Positions 50,019 to 64,000 are shown, counted from the stretch's first letter. The stretch: 64,000 nucleotides of DNA from Octopus sinensis (GCF_006345805.1 NC_043000.1:160828001-160892000); one strand, 5' to 3'. Program-made: numbers and translations. Notes: generated by a model not told the origin, from the letters alone.

Positions 50019-50787
50019 TAAATGAATATTTTCAAAGTGGAAAAAATTACGGATTTTTTCTCTTACGAGGTTTTTCACGCTAACTACTGATAATTTCTTA
50101 TAAAGATTTTATCCTTAATTTTAAATATATATATATATATATATATGCGAGTATATTAAACATAGCTACTGTATACTACAAATCAACAGTCAGCCATTTC
50201 CCTTACGGACCCAAACGGGGTAGCAAAGGCGTATGTTGGAATGACAAGCAACAATGAACGTGCCTTGAGCATATTCGGACTGATTATAACATTACAATGT
50301 TACTTATAAGTGATTAGCGCTCCCCCTCTGTAATACCCATTTATGTTTTAAGATCCCAGCCACGCCGATTTGATTCGTTTTATGACTCAATTTAGAATAC
50401 ACAAGATTCAGACGAAAGATCTAAGGCAACGTAATCAACCAGAGTATCTAACACTGCACCCGACTTTGGCTGCTGCCTGATAACTGAAGACAAGTAAAAT
50501 GAAAACGAGAATGAACGAACGGCATTTTAGAGGTGAGCTTGCTGTTCGTAAGGACAAGAAAATCTCCTCTTCATCAAATAAGAAGACAATCAGTGTGATA
50601 CACATTTGGTGCAGAGAAAGTACGTGCTTCCTAATATAAACTGATGGGTTCGATTTTTGAAATTCATATGTCTGTTACAGAGATTCAGATGCTGTTACAT
50701 AGTTACAGATATTCCGAATTCAGAAATATAGGACTAGATATGAATGAATGACCGCACACATATAGGGATAGACAGATGGGTATATAT

Positions 50788-50950
50788 GGAGCACGAGTGG
50801 CTGTGTGGTAAGTAGCTTGCTAACCAACCACATGGTTCCGGGATCAGTCCCACTGCGTGGCACCTTGGGCAAGTGTCTTCTGCTATAGCCCCGAGCTGAC
50901 CAATGCCTTGTTAGTGGATTTGGTAGACGGAAACTGAAAGAAGCCTGTCG

Positions 50951-50983
<33 letters not shown>

Positions 50984-51080
50984 TTGTGTGTCTGTGTTTG
51001 TCCCCCTAGCATTTGCTCGACTAAAGGGGGTGCTCCAGCATGACCGCAGTTAAATGACTGAAACAAGTAAAAGAGTAAAA
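50788..51080 (+). mobile_element. SINE family A (internal deletion)
   Basis: Intact head GGAGCACGAGTGGCTGTGTGGTAAGTAGC and GGATCAGTCCC; tail aaacaagtaaaagagtaaaa. Confidence 0.88.
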
Positions 51081-51185
51081 GCACGAAGACGTGGTGAAAA
51101 ACAACTGGCTTTAATTAGACGGACACTTTATGCTGAAATGACCTCAAGTTCACAAACAAACAAACAGACAGACAGAACGACAGAC

Positions 51186-51222
<37 letters not shown>

Positions 51223-51246
51223 GGTAGGTAGGTATGTAGTTAGGTA

Positions 51247-51480
51247 AAGGCGAGCGAGCTGGCAAAACCGTAAGCACGCCGGGCGAAATGCTTAGCGGTA
51301 ATTCGTCTGCCGCTACGTTCTGAGTTCAAATTCCGCCTAGGTCGACTTTGCCTTTCATCCTTTCGGGGTCGATTAAATAAGTACCAGTTACGCACTGGGC
51401 TCGATATAATCGACTTAATCCGTTTGTCTGTCCTTATTTGTCCCCTCTGTATTTAGCCGTCTGTGGGTAGTAAAGAAATA
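51247..51480 (+). mobile_element. SINE family B, full length
   Basis: AAGGCGAGCGAGCTGGCAAAACCGTAAGCACGCCGGG, GAGTTCAAATTCC, tttcatcctttcggggtcgattaaataagtaccag. Confidence 0.88.
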
Positions 51481-52174
51481 GGTTTGTAGTTTGGTAGGTA
51501 GGTAAATGAATATACTGATAGATAGGTCAATAGATAGATAGATAATTTGGTGGGCAGGTAGGTAGCTAAGTAGATAGGTAGAGTGAGAGAGTGAAAGAGA
51601 GAAATAGGTAGGTAGGTAGGTAGGTAGGTAGTAGGTAGGTAGGTAGATAAGTAAGTAGGTGGGTAGATACATGCACACACACATATGTGTGTGCGCGCGT
51701 GTGCGTGTGTGTGAGAGTGTGTGTATATATATGGCTAGGTAGGCTTGTAGGTATGTTCAGAAATAGAGATATGTTAATACACACCCACATGCATTTATCA
51801 CCATAAACATGCATATAAATGCATGTATGAATGTACGCATGTATGTGTATAACTTTAAGGATTGTATTATATATATCTCAATTGTAAAAATCTATGCAAT
51901 TTGACTAAAAAAAAATAGACGCATGTAAATTTGAAATGTGATTTTGAAATCTTACGTTGACAAGATATTTCATAGATTATGAGAATGGTAATATCTCCAT
52001 TTTAAATGCTGTATAAAGGGAAAAAAACTCGTTTAAAATGCTATACGGCATGCAAATAAAAAATATTTACGGTTTTGCACTAACACATACACACACATAT
52101 ACGGACACACACATAGGGCACATACATATATACATACATATACACATATACGTGTACATATTAATACATGTATC

Positions 52175-52224
<50 letters not shown>

Positions 52225-52328
52225 TACGTATGTGTATGCATACATATATGTACATACATAATTATATATATATATATACACACATACACATGCATACAAA
52301 TGTAAATATATGTTCGTATATATGTATG

Positions 52329-52373
<45 letters not shown>

Positions 52374-53742
52374 TATATATATGTATGTATTTATATATAC
52401 ATATACATATATATATATATATATAACTGTATGTATACACTTGTTGATACATATAAATATGATGAAAAGTGAAAACAAATAATAACGTGAGATGGGAATT
52501 GTAAAATCAAGATATAAATTTTTTTGACATTTCAGGGAATGACTGAGATTTCATTTATGAAGTGGAAATAAAACGTAGCTCTAATAAATGCATGGATTAT
52601 CTCAACGTTCAAATCACCAATAGGAAACCCTTTAAACATGCACATACAGAATAACCTATGTTTAATAATATCTGTTGACAATATGAAATCTAAATTTATC
52701 TAATCCATTAGCACTATTTCTTTCTGAGATAGTGATTAAATCCATCAAATCCATTTGTATGAAGCCTTTCGGAAACAATGAATAATGTCAGTAAAACCCA
52801 TTAGCACCTAGCATTAAAAGAAGCCACTGAAGCATTTATCAAAATTCCAAACTAATTTTTGAAAGAACTCAATAGAACACATTTTTTTAAAGCAAAATAT
52901 TGGAAGATCAAAATCTCTCTGACCAAATTACTTGACAGAGTATAATTGCAAAATATATACCTACACACACATACACACACACACGCGCACGCACACGCGC
53001 ACGCACACATACACACACACGCACACGCGCACGCACACACACACACACACACACAAACAAACAACACACACACATGCTTACACGCACACGCATACGGACT
53101 TCTCGATGGCTACGGATGGCTCCGGACATCTGCATATGCATAGCTTGATAAAGAAATTATAAAATGCTTGAGGGATACACGCTAGTCAATGGAGGGCCAG
53201 TTCGTAGTTGAGATACGCCGGTGAGCAATTCTAGGTAAAAAGAACATCAGTCACAGGCCACAATTGAAGTCACCAGCCAGTAGGCCATCATTCAATGAAC
53301 AATCTTGGGACAGAGTAACTAGATATCGTTTCAAAAGCCAACGACTTCTGTTTAACTAGTAAACCTCATCGCCTACAGTTTCCTTGAGTGTTCAACAATA
53401 TTACGCTTATGATCCAGCATGGGGAAGCTTTAAGCAGTCACTTTATGTGCTAGATATAGAAGCCAAGTCTTCCATATAGTCAGAGTCGTGGCTGTGTTAT
53501 AGAAAGCTTGGTTCGCAAGCACACAGTTCGTATTCAGTCCTTCTGCTTGCCACATTCGGCAAGTGTCTTATGTATGTTCGTGCTTGGTAGTGGGGCATTA
53601 AAGAATTCCTAGCTTTAAGGTTGTCGCGAAAGGCCTGCTTAGAAGCCTGTCCTTCCGAGTTCTTTTATAGAGCTTAGAAAATGTGAAGGACCGCTGGAAT
53701 AAGCCAGCATTTTTCAGCATCCCCTCATATTATGAACTAAGT

Positions 53743-54140
53743 GCAGGAGTAGCTGTGTGGTAAGTAGCTTGCTAACCAGCCACATTGTTCCGGGTTCAGT
53801 CCCACTGCGTGGCATCTTGGGCAAGTGTCTTCTGCTATAGCACCAGACCGACCAAAGCCTTGTGAGTGGAGTTGGTAGACGGAAACTGAAAGAAGCCTGT
53901 CGTATATATGTATATATATATATAAGTTTGTGTGTATATGTTTGTGTGTCTGTGTTTGTTCCCCTAGCATTGCTTGACAAACGATGCTGGTGTGTTTACG
54001 TCCCCGTCACTTAGCGGTTCGGCAAAGAGACCGATAGAATAAGTACTGGGCTTACAAAGAATAAGTCCCGGGGTCGATTTGCTCGACTAAAGGCGGTGAA
54101 ATGACTGAAACAAGTAAAAGAGTAAAAGAGTAAAGAGTAA
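53743..54140 (+). mobile_element. SINE family A, full length
   Basis: High identity to 347-715; (GAGTAAA)n tail. Confidence 0.9.
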
Positions 54141-54259
54141 GTAGAAACTAACAAATGGCCATCAGAAATACATCACAATGCCACTGTGATAACCAAGAGT
54201 CTCACATACTACCGCTTACTTATTAAGTACGGTTCTATGAATAACACGTGCCACTACTT

Positions 54260-54325
54260 GTGAGTGGATTTGGTAGAAGAAAACTGAAAAAAGCCCTTCG
54301 TATATGTATGCGTGTTTGTGTGTGA

Positions 54326-54364
<39 letters not shown>

Positions 54365-54720
54365 CGTGTGTATGTTTGTGAGTCTATGTTTGTCTCCTCA
54401 CCTTCGCTTGACAACCGATGGTGGTGTGTTATTAGCGTTCCGGCAAAAAAAACCGATAGAATAAGTACGAGGCTTAAAAAACAATAAGTCCTGGGATGGA
54501 TTTGTTCGACTAGGGCGATGCGGCAGCATGGCCGCAGTAAAATGACTGAAACAAGTAAAAGAATAAATATAGGCGTTGAAGCGTGGGTAAGAAGTTAGCT
54601 TCCACACCATGTGAACTTGGGTTAAGTCCCTTTTGTACGACCTCTAGGGCAATTGGCTTCTACTTTAGCTCTGGTTCGACCAAAACCTAGTGCGCGGATT
54701 TGGTGGAGAGAAACTTAAAG
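54260..54720 (+). mobile_element. Two further degraded SINE family A fragments in tandem
   Basis: 3' half at 54260-54570 and a decayed 5' half at 54572-54720. Confidence 0.65.
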
Positions 54721-54731
54721 AAGTGTATGTA

Positions 54732-54762
<31 letters not shown>

Positions 54763-54846
54763 TGTGTGTGTGTGTGTGTGTTGTGTTTATTATATATATA
54801 TATATGTATGTGTGTATGCGCGTATATATGTGTATGTATGTGCGTG

Positions 54847-54889
<43 letters not shown>

Positions 54890-55589
54890 ATTTATTTTTA
54901 TATATATATATATATTATTTATTATTTATTTATATCTATATCTATATATATATATATTATTGTGTCTGGGGAGAGTCTTCTCTTTTAGTGTCTTATTTAA
55001 CACAGTCACCGATTTGATTTCCACTCATTTACTTTCGTTGCGTCTTGCAACCTTTTCAATAGTCGTTTTCTCTGTCAGTTATCAGAGCTACGTTTTTATT
55101 GTTTATTTGTTTGTTTGTACGCATGTGTGTGCGTCAGTGTACATGTGTATACATACATGTATGTATATATGCATGCATGTATGTATGTGTATGCATATAT
55201 ATATATATATATATGTATTCATGTGTGTACATTTGTATGTATGAATGTATTCTACATATTCCTGTGTTTGTATGTTCATGTAAACTGTAGGTATCGGGGT
55301 ATGACTACCTTCTACGTATGTTTCCTATTTAGTACTGGGGATGATTCATTTATGAGGACGTACTCTTGTATTTGTCTGAATATTTTGTCCTTCGGGTGCT
55401 TAGATAAACTGTGGATGTAAAGTTAACCCAATGTGCCTCCATGCTGGTATCGTATGGAGGATTGTTTCTTGTCGTCATATTATCTCAAATGTGTGTCATT
55501 TAGTCTTTCTGCAATGCTTCTAGATGTCTCACCTTAGTCTATTCAAATTCTTGTCTTTACAAGCACCCTCTATATACCTTATGCTGTAG

Positions 55590-57075
55590 ACTACATTACT
55601 AGTTCTACATTTAATGCCAGAGTTAATTTTACATACCATGCAGTTATCACTGGTACATCTGATATTCTCAAAGGGGTACATCCTACACAGTTGTGATCTG
55701 GCTTTTCAACGATCTTAATGTTGAGTTTGGCTTCCTTCAGAGCTCTACTAAATCTTCGGGCTGGTTCTCTCTGGGTTGTGGTCTCTACAAGCATCACTTC
55801 TTGATATTTGTCGGTCTTGTACCACGTATTCGCCCTGTTTGCTTTGTCACAAACTCTTTCTATCCTATTCCAGTCTTTACTTCTATACCTAGGGCAGGTA
55901 GTACTGGTTTTACTACATATAATGCTATCTAAATTCTTTCTAGCTCCTCTACATACCCGAGCCCTATCTTTCTGATCATATCCAGAGAATTACATGCGGA
56001 GCATGAAGTTCTATACCTGTTTCTTTGTTTCTTAGGGTTTGCACAGTGGGGACATGCTGTTCATTATCCTAGCTAAGTCTGGTATCAGTATGTCGATTTT
56101 CATGTTGTGTGACAATGCTGAGGTCATGTGAACAACATATTTAGAATCTATGTGTTTCATGGTATAGGAGTGGAGGAGCTGCATTCTGTTGTTCACAGTC
56201 TCTAACCAAAGTTAGACAGGGAGTCTATTGTTAGGGTACAAAATGAGGTTATCTATAAATACCTTGATACTTTCGTAGATAGAGTTAGCTATGAGCTGGA
56301 TGCTCTCCATTATCCTCCTCCCGGTTTCTGCATTACTGTTACTAGAGATTGTCGTAACTAGAATATTAATGTCGTCTATATACCTACAGTAAAGCAAAAC
56401 AGTTGTGGATTTTTCCGCTAAAGATTGTTTAAGTTTTCTGTCTCACCAGATCATAAAGAGGCCGGTCACATCTCCAGCCATACCGATACCAATGACTGCA
56501 CCTTGAACATGCACGTATAGTTTCCTTTTGAACTTTACGGTGTGGCTTTTCAGTGTAGTTCTTATGCTAGCCCCTATTGCATGTGCAATCATTCTTTTCA
56601 ACTGAGTGTTGTTCTCAGGGTCCTGAGTGTGTATGGTCCGGCCACTGCAGCACTCTGCGGTGCTTTTCTTAACTGCCGAGGTGATCGTGGATGGTCTTCC
56701 CCTCTGTGACCTGGTGGGGCAGAATCTTCTAAGATCATGGTTGTCTAGATAGTTACAGTCATAGCTTAGTCTAAGGAGGAATCCCAGTTCCTTCGTGTTG
56801 ACTTCACGGAACTCTACTTCACTCTCACAGATTATCTCAATACATTTTTTCCACAGCAAAATCTATGTCTATAGATGGGTAGAGTCAAACTACATCCATA
56901 CCACCCACTATGCAACCTGTGAGGTCGTTGAAATAGTTGCAACTACTGCTTCTACTGAAAAGATCCTCTGTACTCACACAGACATCTGGGGACATTTCAA
57001 TGAATGGTCGTAAAACATATGAGAAGAAGTAGGATAGTCTGTAATTGCTGGAGATATTCGCTCCGCAGACATGTG
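55590..57075 (-). mobile_element. Second, divergent Penelope-like element: degraded RT with a long insert between motifs A and B'
   Basis: STEDLFS, IVGGMDVV*LYPSID (motif A), CPTRSQRGRPSTIT insert, LYVHVQGAVIGIGMAGDV (B'), LYCRYIDDINIL (C), thumb LHSYTMKHIDSKYVVH. 5' end at a (CA)n tract; no intact GIY-YIG seen. Confidence 0.8.
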
Positions 57076-57094
57076 GGATTGAGGGCCCCATGCA

Positions 57095-57125
<31 letters not shown>

Positions 57126-57139
57126 CACACACACACATA

Positions 57140-58307
57140 CACATGGCAGAAGTAAATAGACACCCCATAAAACATCGTTTTATGCTTCTTTTAACTTGAA
57201 AATGTTTATATTTTTAATCAATTGATATTTTTATGTTTCAGGTTCTATATATGACTGTTTAATCATGTTACATACAAAAGGAGGCTTAGAACTGTCCGAA
57301 TTTCAAAGAGGCCGAATTGTGAATCAAACTGAAAATGGACCTGGTCAGAGTAAAACCTCAGAAAACCATGGGATCCCACTTTCTACAGTTAATAGATTGA
57401 TTGTGCAATTCACCAGAGAGTGCAAGGACTCCACATTAGCCCGCTCAGTTCGTCCAGAGACCTCTGACAGGACCCTTCGCATTGTTAAGAGAAGTGTGGA
57501 GGATAATTCTCATTGCAAGGCATCTGACATAGCAGAACAATTTGATGTCCGTCCCAGAACAGGTATCAGGTATCTTCAAAAAATATTAAGCGAAGAAAAG
57601 ATTGGGCCATTGAGATGGTAGAGAGTCCACTAGCATTGGGACACTGTCATATTTTCTGATGAGTCCAAATCTGCTCTATTTTCTGACAGTGGTCGAGTGT
57701 GGGTCTGGAGTCTCTGTGATCAAGAATTTGATGTGCAAAGATGCAGCCAACAATGAAATATGGCGACTATTCTGTGATAGCCTGCGGTGCAATTTGGAGA
57801 TGAGAGCTGGTGGAGAGTGAGGAAAATATAAACTCAGATAAGTATGTGACCATATTGTACAAAGGACTCCTAATCTTCTTCAGTGGTGAAATGATTAAAG
57901 AAGGCTCTTTATTTACGGAAGATTGGGCTCCTTGTCAAACGGCTAAAAAGATCCAAAGCTGGTTGGAAAAACTGCAGTAAAAAGCTTCCATGGCCAACCA
58001 GTCACAAGATATGAACCCTATTGGACAGTATTGGGACATAATAACCAGAACACTTCAAAAAAATAACAAAGCATACTCAAAGCCAGATCTTTTGAGATTA
58101 CTGCATGAAACTTGGCAAGAAATTCCTCATGAGAATATTCGTCATCTGATCAGTCTAATAGGATCCTTGCATTGAAAAGTGTAAAAGGTATGCCTGCTAA
58201 ATATTAGATATTCACATTATACTAATTAATAAATAGTCTGAATGTATCACTCCAAATTTTAATTTATTCTAACGAGTATGGGGGGGTCTATTTACTTCTG
58301 TCATGTC
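57140..58307 (+). mobile_element. Tc1-like (DD34E) element, decayed
   Basis: TIRs cacatggcagaagtaaatagacaccc / ggggtctatttacttctgtcatgtc. Transposase ELSEFQRGRIV...GIPLSTV, WDTVIFSDESK, EDWAPCQTAK, SQDMNPIGQYWD, WQEIP. Confidence 0.88.
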
Positions 58308-59511
58308 TGTCTAAATAGTTAGCTCCCCAGTCAGTACATAGACTTGTGCTTCTTTGGGGCTAAGAGAGCTTTATCTCTTCTTTCAAGCAATGTAGGTGCT
58401 ACCCTGCACCGTCAGTTACAATTAGTGACAACTGAATTCTTACTTTGACTTCTCTTAAAGTCCAATACTATGTGTACATAACTATTTATTCTAGAAATAT
58501 CTTCATTGAATATATAAAAATGTACCAATAATGAGTCGATGGATAGCGTGTATATTTGGAAGTATATTCAGCTATTAATGAAAGTAGATCTTACAGCATG
58601 TCAGCTACAATTAGATTTTGTGATATGTGAATTCAATCAAGAAAACACCTTTTCATTCAGATAATTTGCATCATTTTTCTAAATGGTTTCCTGTGACTTT
58701 TTTGAGGAACGGTATAATTGCTTTGGTGCTGAACATTTTCTCGGTTCCACCAGATTCTGTCCGCGACGTTTAAGGTTTGTCATAATTTGAATCTTTACAG
58801 CTTTTTAGATTCTCTTGATATGCAATCACAGATGATGCTTTTATTATTAAACAATGATAATTTTTCCAGTTGGTGGATAAACACCACAAAAAAGCACTGT
58901 CACTCTGATCAGTACATTCCCCATTCCTCCTGCAATCTAAGTGTTCATCTAGACTACACTGGCCACTGTAATACACCTTTCAACGAATTTTCTGGAAGAC
59001 ATTTGCCTCTCTACTCTCAGTTTTCTTTTCAAGTGACGCCTGAAAAAAATCATGTGGGCTTGGCCAAAGAGAAATGAGACTGTCTTGACAACATGACGTT
59101 TTTTGTTGGAGCTACCTGACAAATGAAGACAGCTGCTTTTTCCCGGGCCAAAGAAATCTGGTGGGGACATATTCACAAAGTCAGCTTACATGCAAAATAT
59201 ATCTGTTCGAATTAAACCCAAGTTACCCATACATTTTCACATTTAAAAAAGGATGGAGATGATGGTGCCTCGGCGCATGCCTAGGCAGCATTGTCCATGG
59301 AATTCCCAGTTCTCTCGTCAGCGGATGTTGATAGTAAATGGAACGTCTGACCAGTGGAAGGTGTCACTTCCCCAAAAGGCGAAATAGCTGAGGCTCCAGT
59401 CTGTTCCAACGTGAAATGAAGCGAGGTATGACAGTCAGTCTCTAATTGGTACTGACACTAACTAGTATTGCGAACTTGATTTTCAGAGTGAAGTTCCTTT
59501 TCAGAAATATA

Positions 59512-59905
59512 TCTTTATATATAAAGTGAAGTTATGTGTCTGTCTCCTACGATTTAGATTCCTAACTATTCCCACATTTTGCGGTGCAGTTTAACTAAAA
59601 CCGGGTATCTTATAGTCGTGATTCATATCGAGCCCTTCTGGGTATTAGCGCGCATCTACGATGAGTCTACGATTTTAAAAACAATTTACCATCATTTTTC
59701 TCCATTTTAATGCATTTTTTCGCTATTATATAAGGGAAGTAACTCTCTAAAAATGTATACGAGGAGTCAACGATTTAAAAAAAAAATTACCATAATTGTT
59801 TTCAAATTTTAATGCTTTTTTTGCTATTTTTGGCTATAGCTCTCTAAAAATGCTTATATAGTTATTTCCCTTACAAACCCGAGCAACGCCGGGCGATACT
59901 GCTAG
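59512..59905 (+). mobile_element. Non-autonomous Helitron (394 bp)
   Basis: A|TCTTTATATATAAAG 5' end; hairpin CCCGAGC..GCCGGG at 59878-59893; CTAG|T 3' end at 59902-59905. Confidence 0.8.
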
Positions 59906-61179
59906 TTTATTATACTACATCGGAGTACTATCGATGCAAGCGACCCGCTTTCTTTTCTTCTGGAACTAATTTTATTCGAACCCCACAAAAAAAGTATACA
60001 GCAAGAGTAACACATAACAGTGGCTCGAACTTTATATTTTCAGAAACCATATTAATACAAAAACCCATTCTGTTTAGCGCTTCATTAGCCTTTGTCGGCT
60101 GTCTGTATATCCAACATCATTCAATTAATACTCTTAGATAATTGACTTACGGTAATAAACCTGTAAGAGAGATCCACTGAAATTATAAAGCAGCTTAAAT
60201 TTAGAATTAGAATTTATAATGTAGAAATAATAAACTAGATAAGAATTAGAATTTAGAATTAATTAGTGAATAAAAAATATACATTCAATTGAAACGTCTC
60301 AGTGTGCACACTTGCCAAAACTAAACTTTGTTAATCTCCTTTAAACAAACTGTAAATCACAAGCAACATTCTAAATGTATGTATGAATATATACATGTGT
60401 ATATTTGTATTTAAGGGTGTGTACGCAAACGTATATATACGTATGCATCTATGTATCTATGTAGCAATGTATGCATATATGTATGTGTATATGCATGTAT
60501 CAGTGTGTGTATGTGTTATATGCTTGCAAGTATGTATGTATGTCTACGTGGTTATTATGATATCTTCGTCGTTCTCGACGATGATTATTCAGCTGTTTGA
60601 TTAACTGAATTCTCGTGTTTCTAACGCTTAAACGTCTGAGTCTTTCACAGGCATCTCTCTTCCTCTCTCTTCTTTCCCCTTCTCTCTCAGTCTCCTCCCT
60701 CTCTCTCTCTCTATTCCGTTTTTTCACTTTCTCTCCCTTTATATTATATGTATTTGACAGAGAGATAAACACATGTGAAACCTTCTCAGAGGTTCTGGGG
60801 TTGATACGTTCGAAGGAAATTCTCGAAGGCAGTGCCCCAGCATGGTCGCAGTCTTATGACTGAAACAAATAAAAGATAAACGATAAGAGGTACGATAAAG
60901 CAGCAAATATGATTGTCATCTAGAAATAGAATAAAACACCTATCACATGGTACTGATTTCTCTTATCGAACCAACCATTGCAAGCATAATACAAAGTAGA
61001 TGAACTTTTTGGGGAGACAAAAATAACTGGACGGACCAAAAACGCAGTATGCTTAGTTTAAATTAGCAAGTTTGACAAAATTTCGGTAACAATTTCCAAA
61101 TAAACGACGTGTATTCATTTCTTTTGTTTGGAAACCTATCTCTGTATACATGCGTACATAAATATAATTGGATGGATAT

Positions 61180-61900
61180 GTGTGTAGAAATATATACCCA
61201 TCTTCCCAATACAGAGTGACGTCCAGTACCAACCAACATTTTTATTTTGGAGATATTCATAGTTGCCTATATATTTCAACTTGATCTCTCAGTTATTCCA
61301 GAAGATCCACCCTGTGCTTCTACTGCTACATTTCGTGTAGAATTTCTATATATATATAATGCTGAAGGTGAGGCAAAGTTGCTACTGGCATTTTAGAAGT
61401 GATCGACAAATACTTCTATGTTAGATTCATTATGTGCAAGCCATAATAGACTCTTAGATGCTTAAATTTGCTTGTAGCTTGCAGTCTATGAATATTGACC
61501 AATTTACTGTCATGTCTGTACTTCATCCTAACCCCAAGTGATGGCATTCAATGCTCTTTCTCTAATATAATAGGAGAAAATGACACTGGAAATGGCATGT
61601 TGCAAGTCACCCTTGTTTCACACAAACTGTAATAGAAAATGATACAGATGTCTCCATCGAACTTAATTCTCGGCAACAAGCCATAAAAATGGACTACTCT
61701 ACACACGAATATGGATAGACAAACATATATGTAACGAATCTCCATAATTTGCTATTGTCAAAAGCTTTCACGTGCTCAACAAAGGCTATATTTACGGTTT
61801 GGGTCTGTTTTATGCAGACCAACTTCATATGTCTTATTGCAGAAGCATATCAGATATATTCAATCTTTGCCGGTACTACTGGTAAGACCCCCTGGTAAGA
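61180..61900 (-). mobile_element. RTE (BovB-like) LINE RT fragment, heavily degraded
   Basis: Minus translations FVEHVKAFD..LW, SFSITVCVKQG, GVRMKYRHDSKLVNIHRLQATSK, AHNESNIEVFVDHF follow RTE RT motifs. Confidence 0.7.
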
Positions 61901-62069
61901 TCCAGGATTTTGATAATATTGTGTAAGAATGGCAGAATGAGTTTGATTTGCGTACAACTCCCTCGAACTATAAGTTCCCTTGTCTTGTATCTGCTTATCT
62001 ACGATTCCTTTTGGTTCTCTTTGTCCGCTTTCTCGTTAATTGATAAATATGTGTTTGTGCATGTGCTTA

Positions 62070-62104
<35 letters not shown>

Positions 62105-64000
62105 ATGTTAGTGTTATGATATAGTGAGTACATCAGGTATTTGAAATATATCTAATAAAGCATAGTATTACAAAAGGCAATTTACCATTATGATAGCCAT
62201 CTACGTATCATATTTAATGCAAATACATCATGAAAAGCTAAATTAACTGCGGTATTCACCTGGAGATAGTATCACTTTTGGATGTTATGTATCAGCACAA
62301 ATATATCTGATTTTTATATAGCTGGGGTGAGGAGGGGTAACTGCTACACCAATGATTTTTGAATCACTGCTTTTCGATATCAGTGTCGACGGATTCTGTC
62401 TTAGCATGCACTTGCTTGTGGATACTTGCTACAGACAAAGTCCAAGTTGTCAGAAATGCACATCTAACCTTCCAACCACTATTTCTGGGGGATGTTATGT
62501 GAAACGGATTTGTTTGTGTTATTTAACACAGTACATCTATAAGAGATATTATCTCTTATCGCCATTTATTTCGCTTTCCGTGATGCATTTGGATTATGTA
62601 TGATACACAGGTGGCTATTTTAATTTAATACTACTTCTGTTGCACATAAGGGATTTTTATGATTATATCTTTAAAGAATTTCCAACCCACGATCTCACAT
62701 TGCATAAATGCATGTTCCAATACTAAGAAACATTAGCATCCCACGCAGTATTGTTAGAACAGATTAATTACAAGACAAATACCCATTGCGCAACATTAAT
62801 TACCATACTCTTAATTTTAGTATAAATAGCTGTACAAATTCTAAACTTCAGAAATTAACATCTCGATGGAACCGAAATATCATTGTTTGCATTGCTATTT
62901 CATTTATCGTGAAATTTCAAGGAAGCCATTCAAGGTTTTCGTTAAAACTAATCATGTGTATTGATGTATCTTTATAATACGCCATAGATTAGTCAGTGAA
63001 AGGTTGCACACAACCCCATCAAAAAGAAAAAAAATGTATTAAAGTTTACTTAAACCTTGCCTTCCACAAAATAGATTTTGATAATAGTAATATTGTCAAA
63101 ATTAAGTCAGTACTTGGGGTATAGTCGAGTTTATGCATGTCTCTGGTAAAGAAATTCACTTAACTAAAATGTCGTTTCGAGTCAACAGTAGCACATGGTA
63201 CACTAGGATAGTGTTTTCTATTTGATCCATTTGATCAAAGTCGTGTGAAAGAAATTTAGTGGGTATACTATACGTAGAAATAAATCCGATTTTTACTTTA
63301 TTAAACTCATCTCGCTCTCCGAGAGCCTCAGCGGTGATCCCTTTCTTAAAATGTTTTGACCAGATCTTCCTTCTTAACATTCTTGAATGTATTCAAAAAA
63401 GAGTCATAGTTATTATATTTTCACCTCTCACTCAGTGGGAGAAAATAAATAAATTTTGCTTACTCTATATTGCCTTCTGTCAGTTCTATTTCGGATTGTC
63501 TACGAATAATCAGCCTCTGGCAAAATTCTATCCAGTTTCTCATTCTGTTTCTTTTACATTGCAGCATGGCTGTGATGTTGATTACTTTCATATGATAGAT
63601 AGTGAGCAAAAGCCTATTTTGGTAACAATAAGGAAGACCGACATACTGAATATACCTGTAAAATGAGGTGATAGGAATGCCATACAATGAAATGCAAGTT
63701 ATATCTGACGATTATTTATAATTCAAACTATAATCTGAAATAACTAGTACTCTTATTCTTCAAAACAAACATAAAATCTACCCACTCCGCATTCAAATAA
63801 TCAAGCGATCAAAAAGAAATCTACATTATTAAATGACAGAATCTCTTAAGTAGCACAACCTACAAGAAATAGAGGCTAAATGTCCCTCAAATTGGATCCT
63901 AACACATTATGTTATGTAATCCTGTGTCTACTACTAAGACTCAGGGTACTACTAGTAAGATGCATGGTGGTATACTATTAAGATGCATGTACTAGATTGG

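Noticed and set aside
57656-57680. CTGATGAG hammerhead-like core
   Set aside because: It encodes the FSDES catalytic motif of the Tc1 transposase; no stems or GAAA follow.

Overview
AT-rich, repeat-saturated eukaryotic DNA. From recall of its SINE families and microsatellite load it is most likely an octopus or other coleoid cephalopod (inference, no database search). No intact host protein-coding gene can be supported, and most entries in the ORF track are artefacts of (TA)n, (CATA)n, (ATT)n and (TG)n tracts. The window holds many tRNA-derived SINEs of at least four families, four Tc1/mariner lineages (two DD34D mariners, a DD37D maT derivative, a DD34E Tc1) and two non-autonomous Helitrons. 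It also holds RTE and R4/Dong-type LINE fragments, a probable Gypsy relic, and two Penelope-like (PLE) retroelement bodies, one with RT plus GIY-YIG. The most notable signal is a set of short, mutually unrelated elements carrying minimal hammerhead-ribozyme geometry (stem I, CUGANGA, stem II, GAA, palindromic stem III, NUH). Most sit 55-165 nt upstream of a junction with a TA-rich microsatellite, and several are folded back into hairpins. One, at 45024-45068 on the minus strand, is a perfect canonical hammerhead followed by four further hairpins, forming a retrozyme-like or solo-pLTR RNA of about 230 nt.
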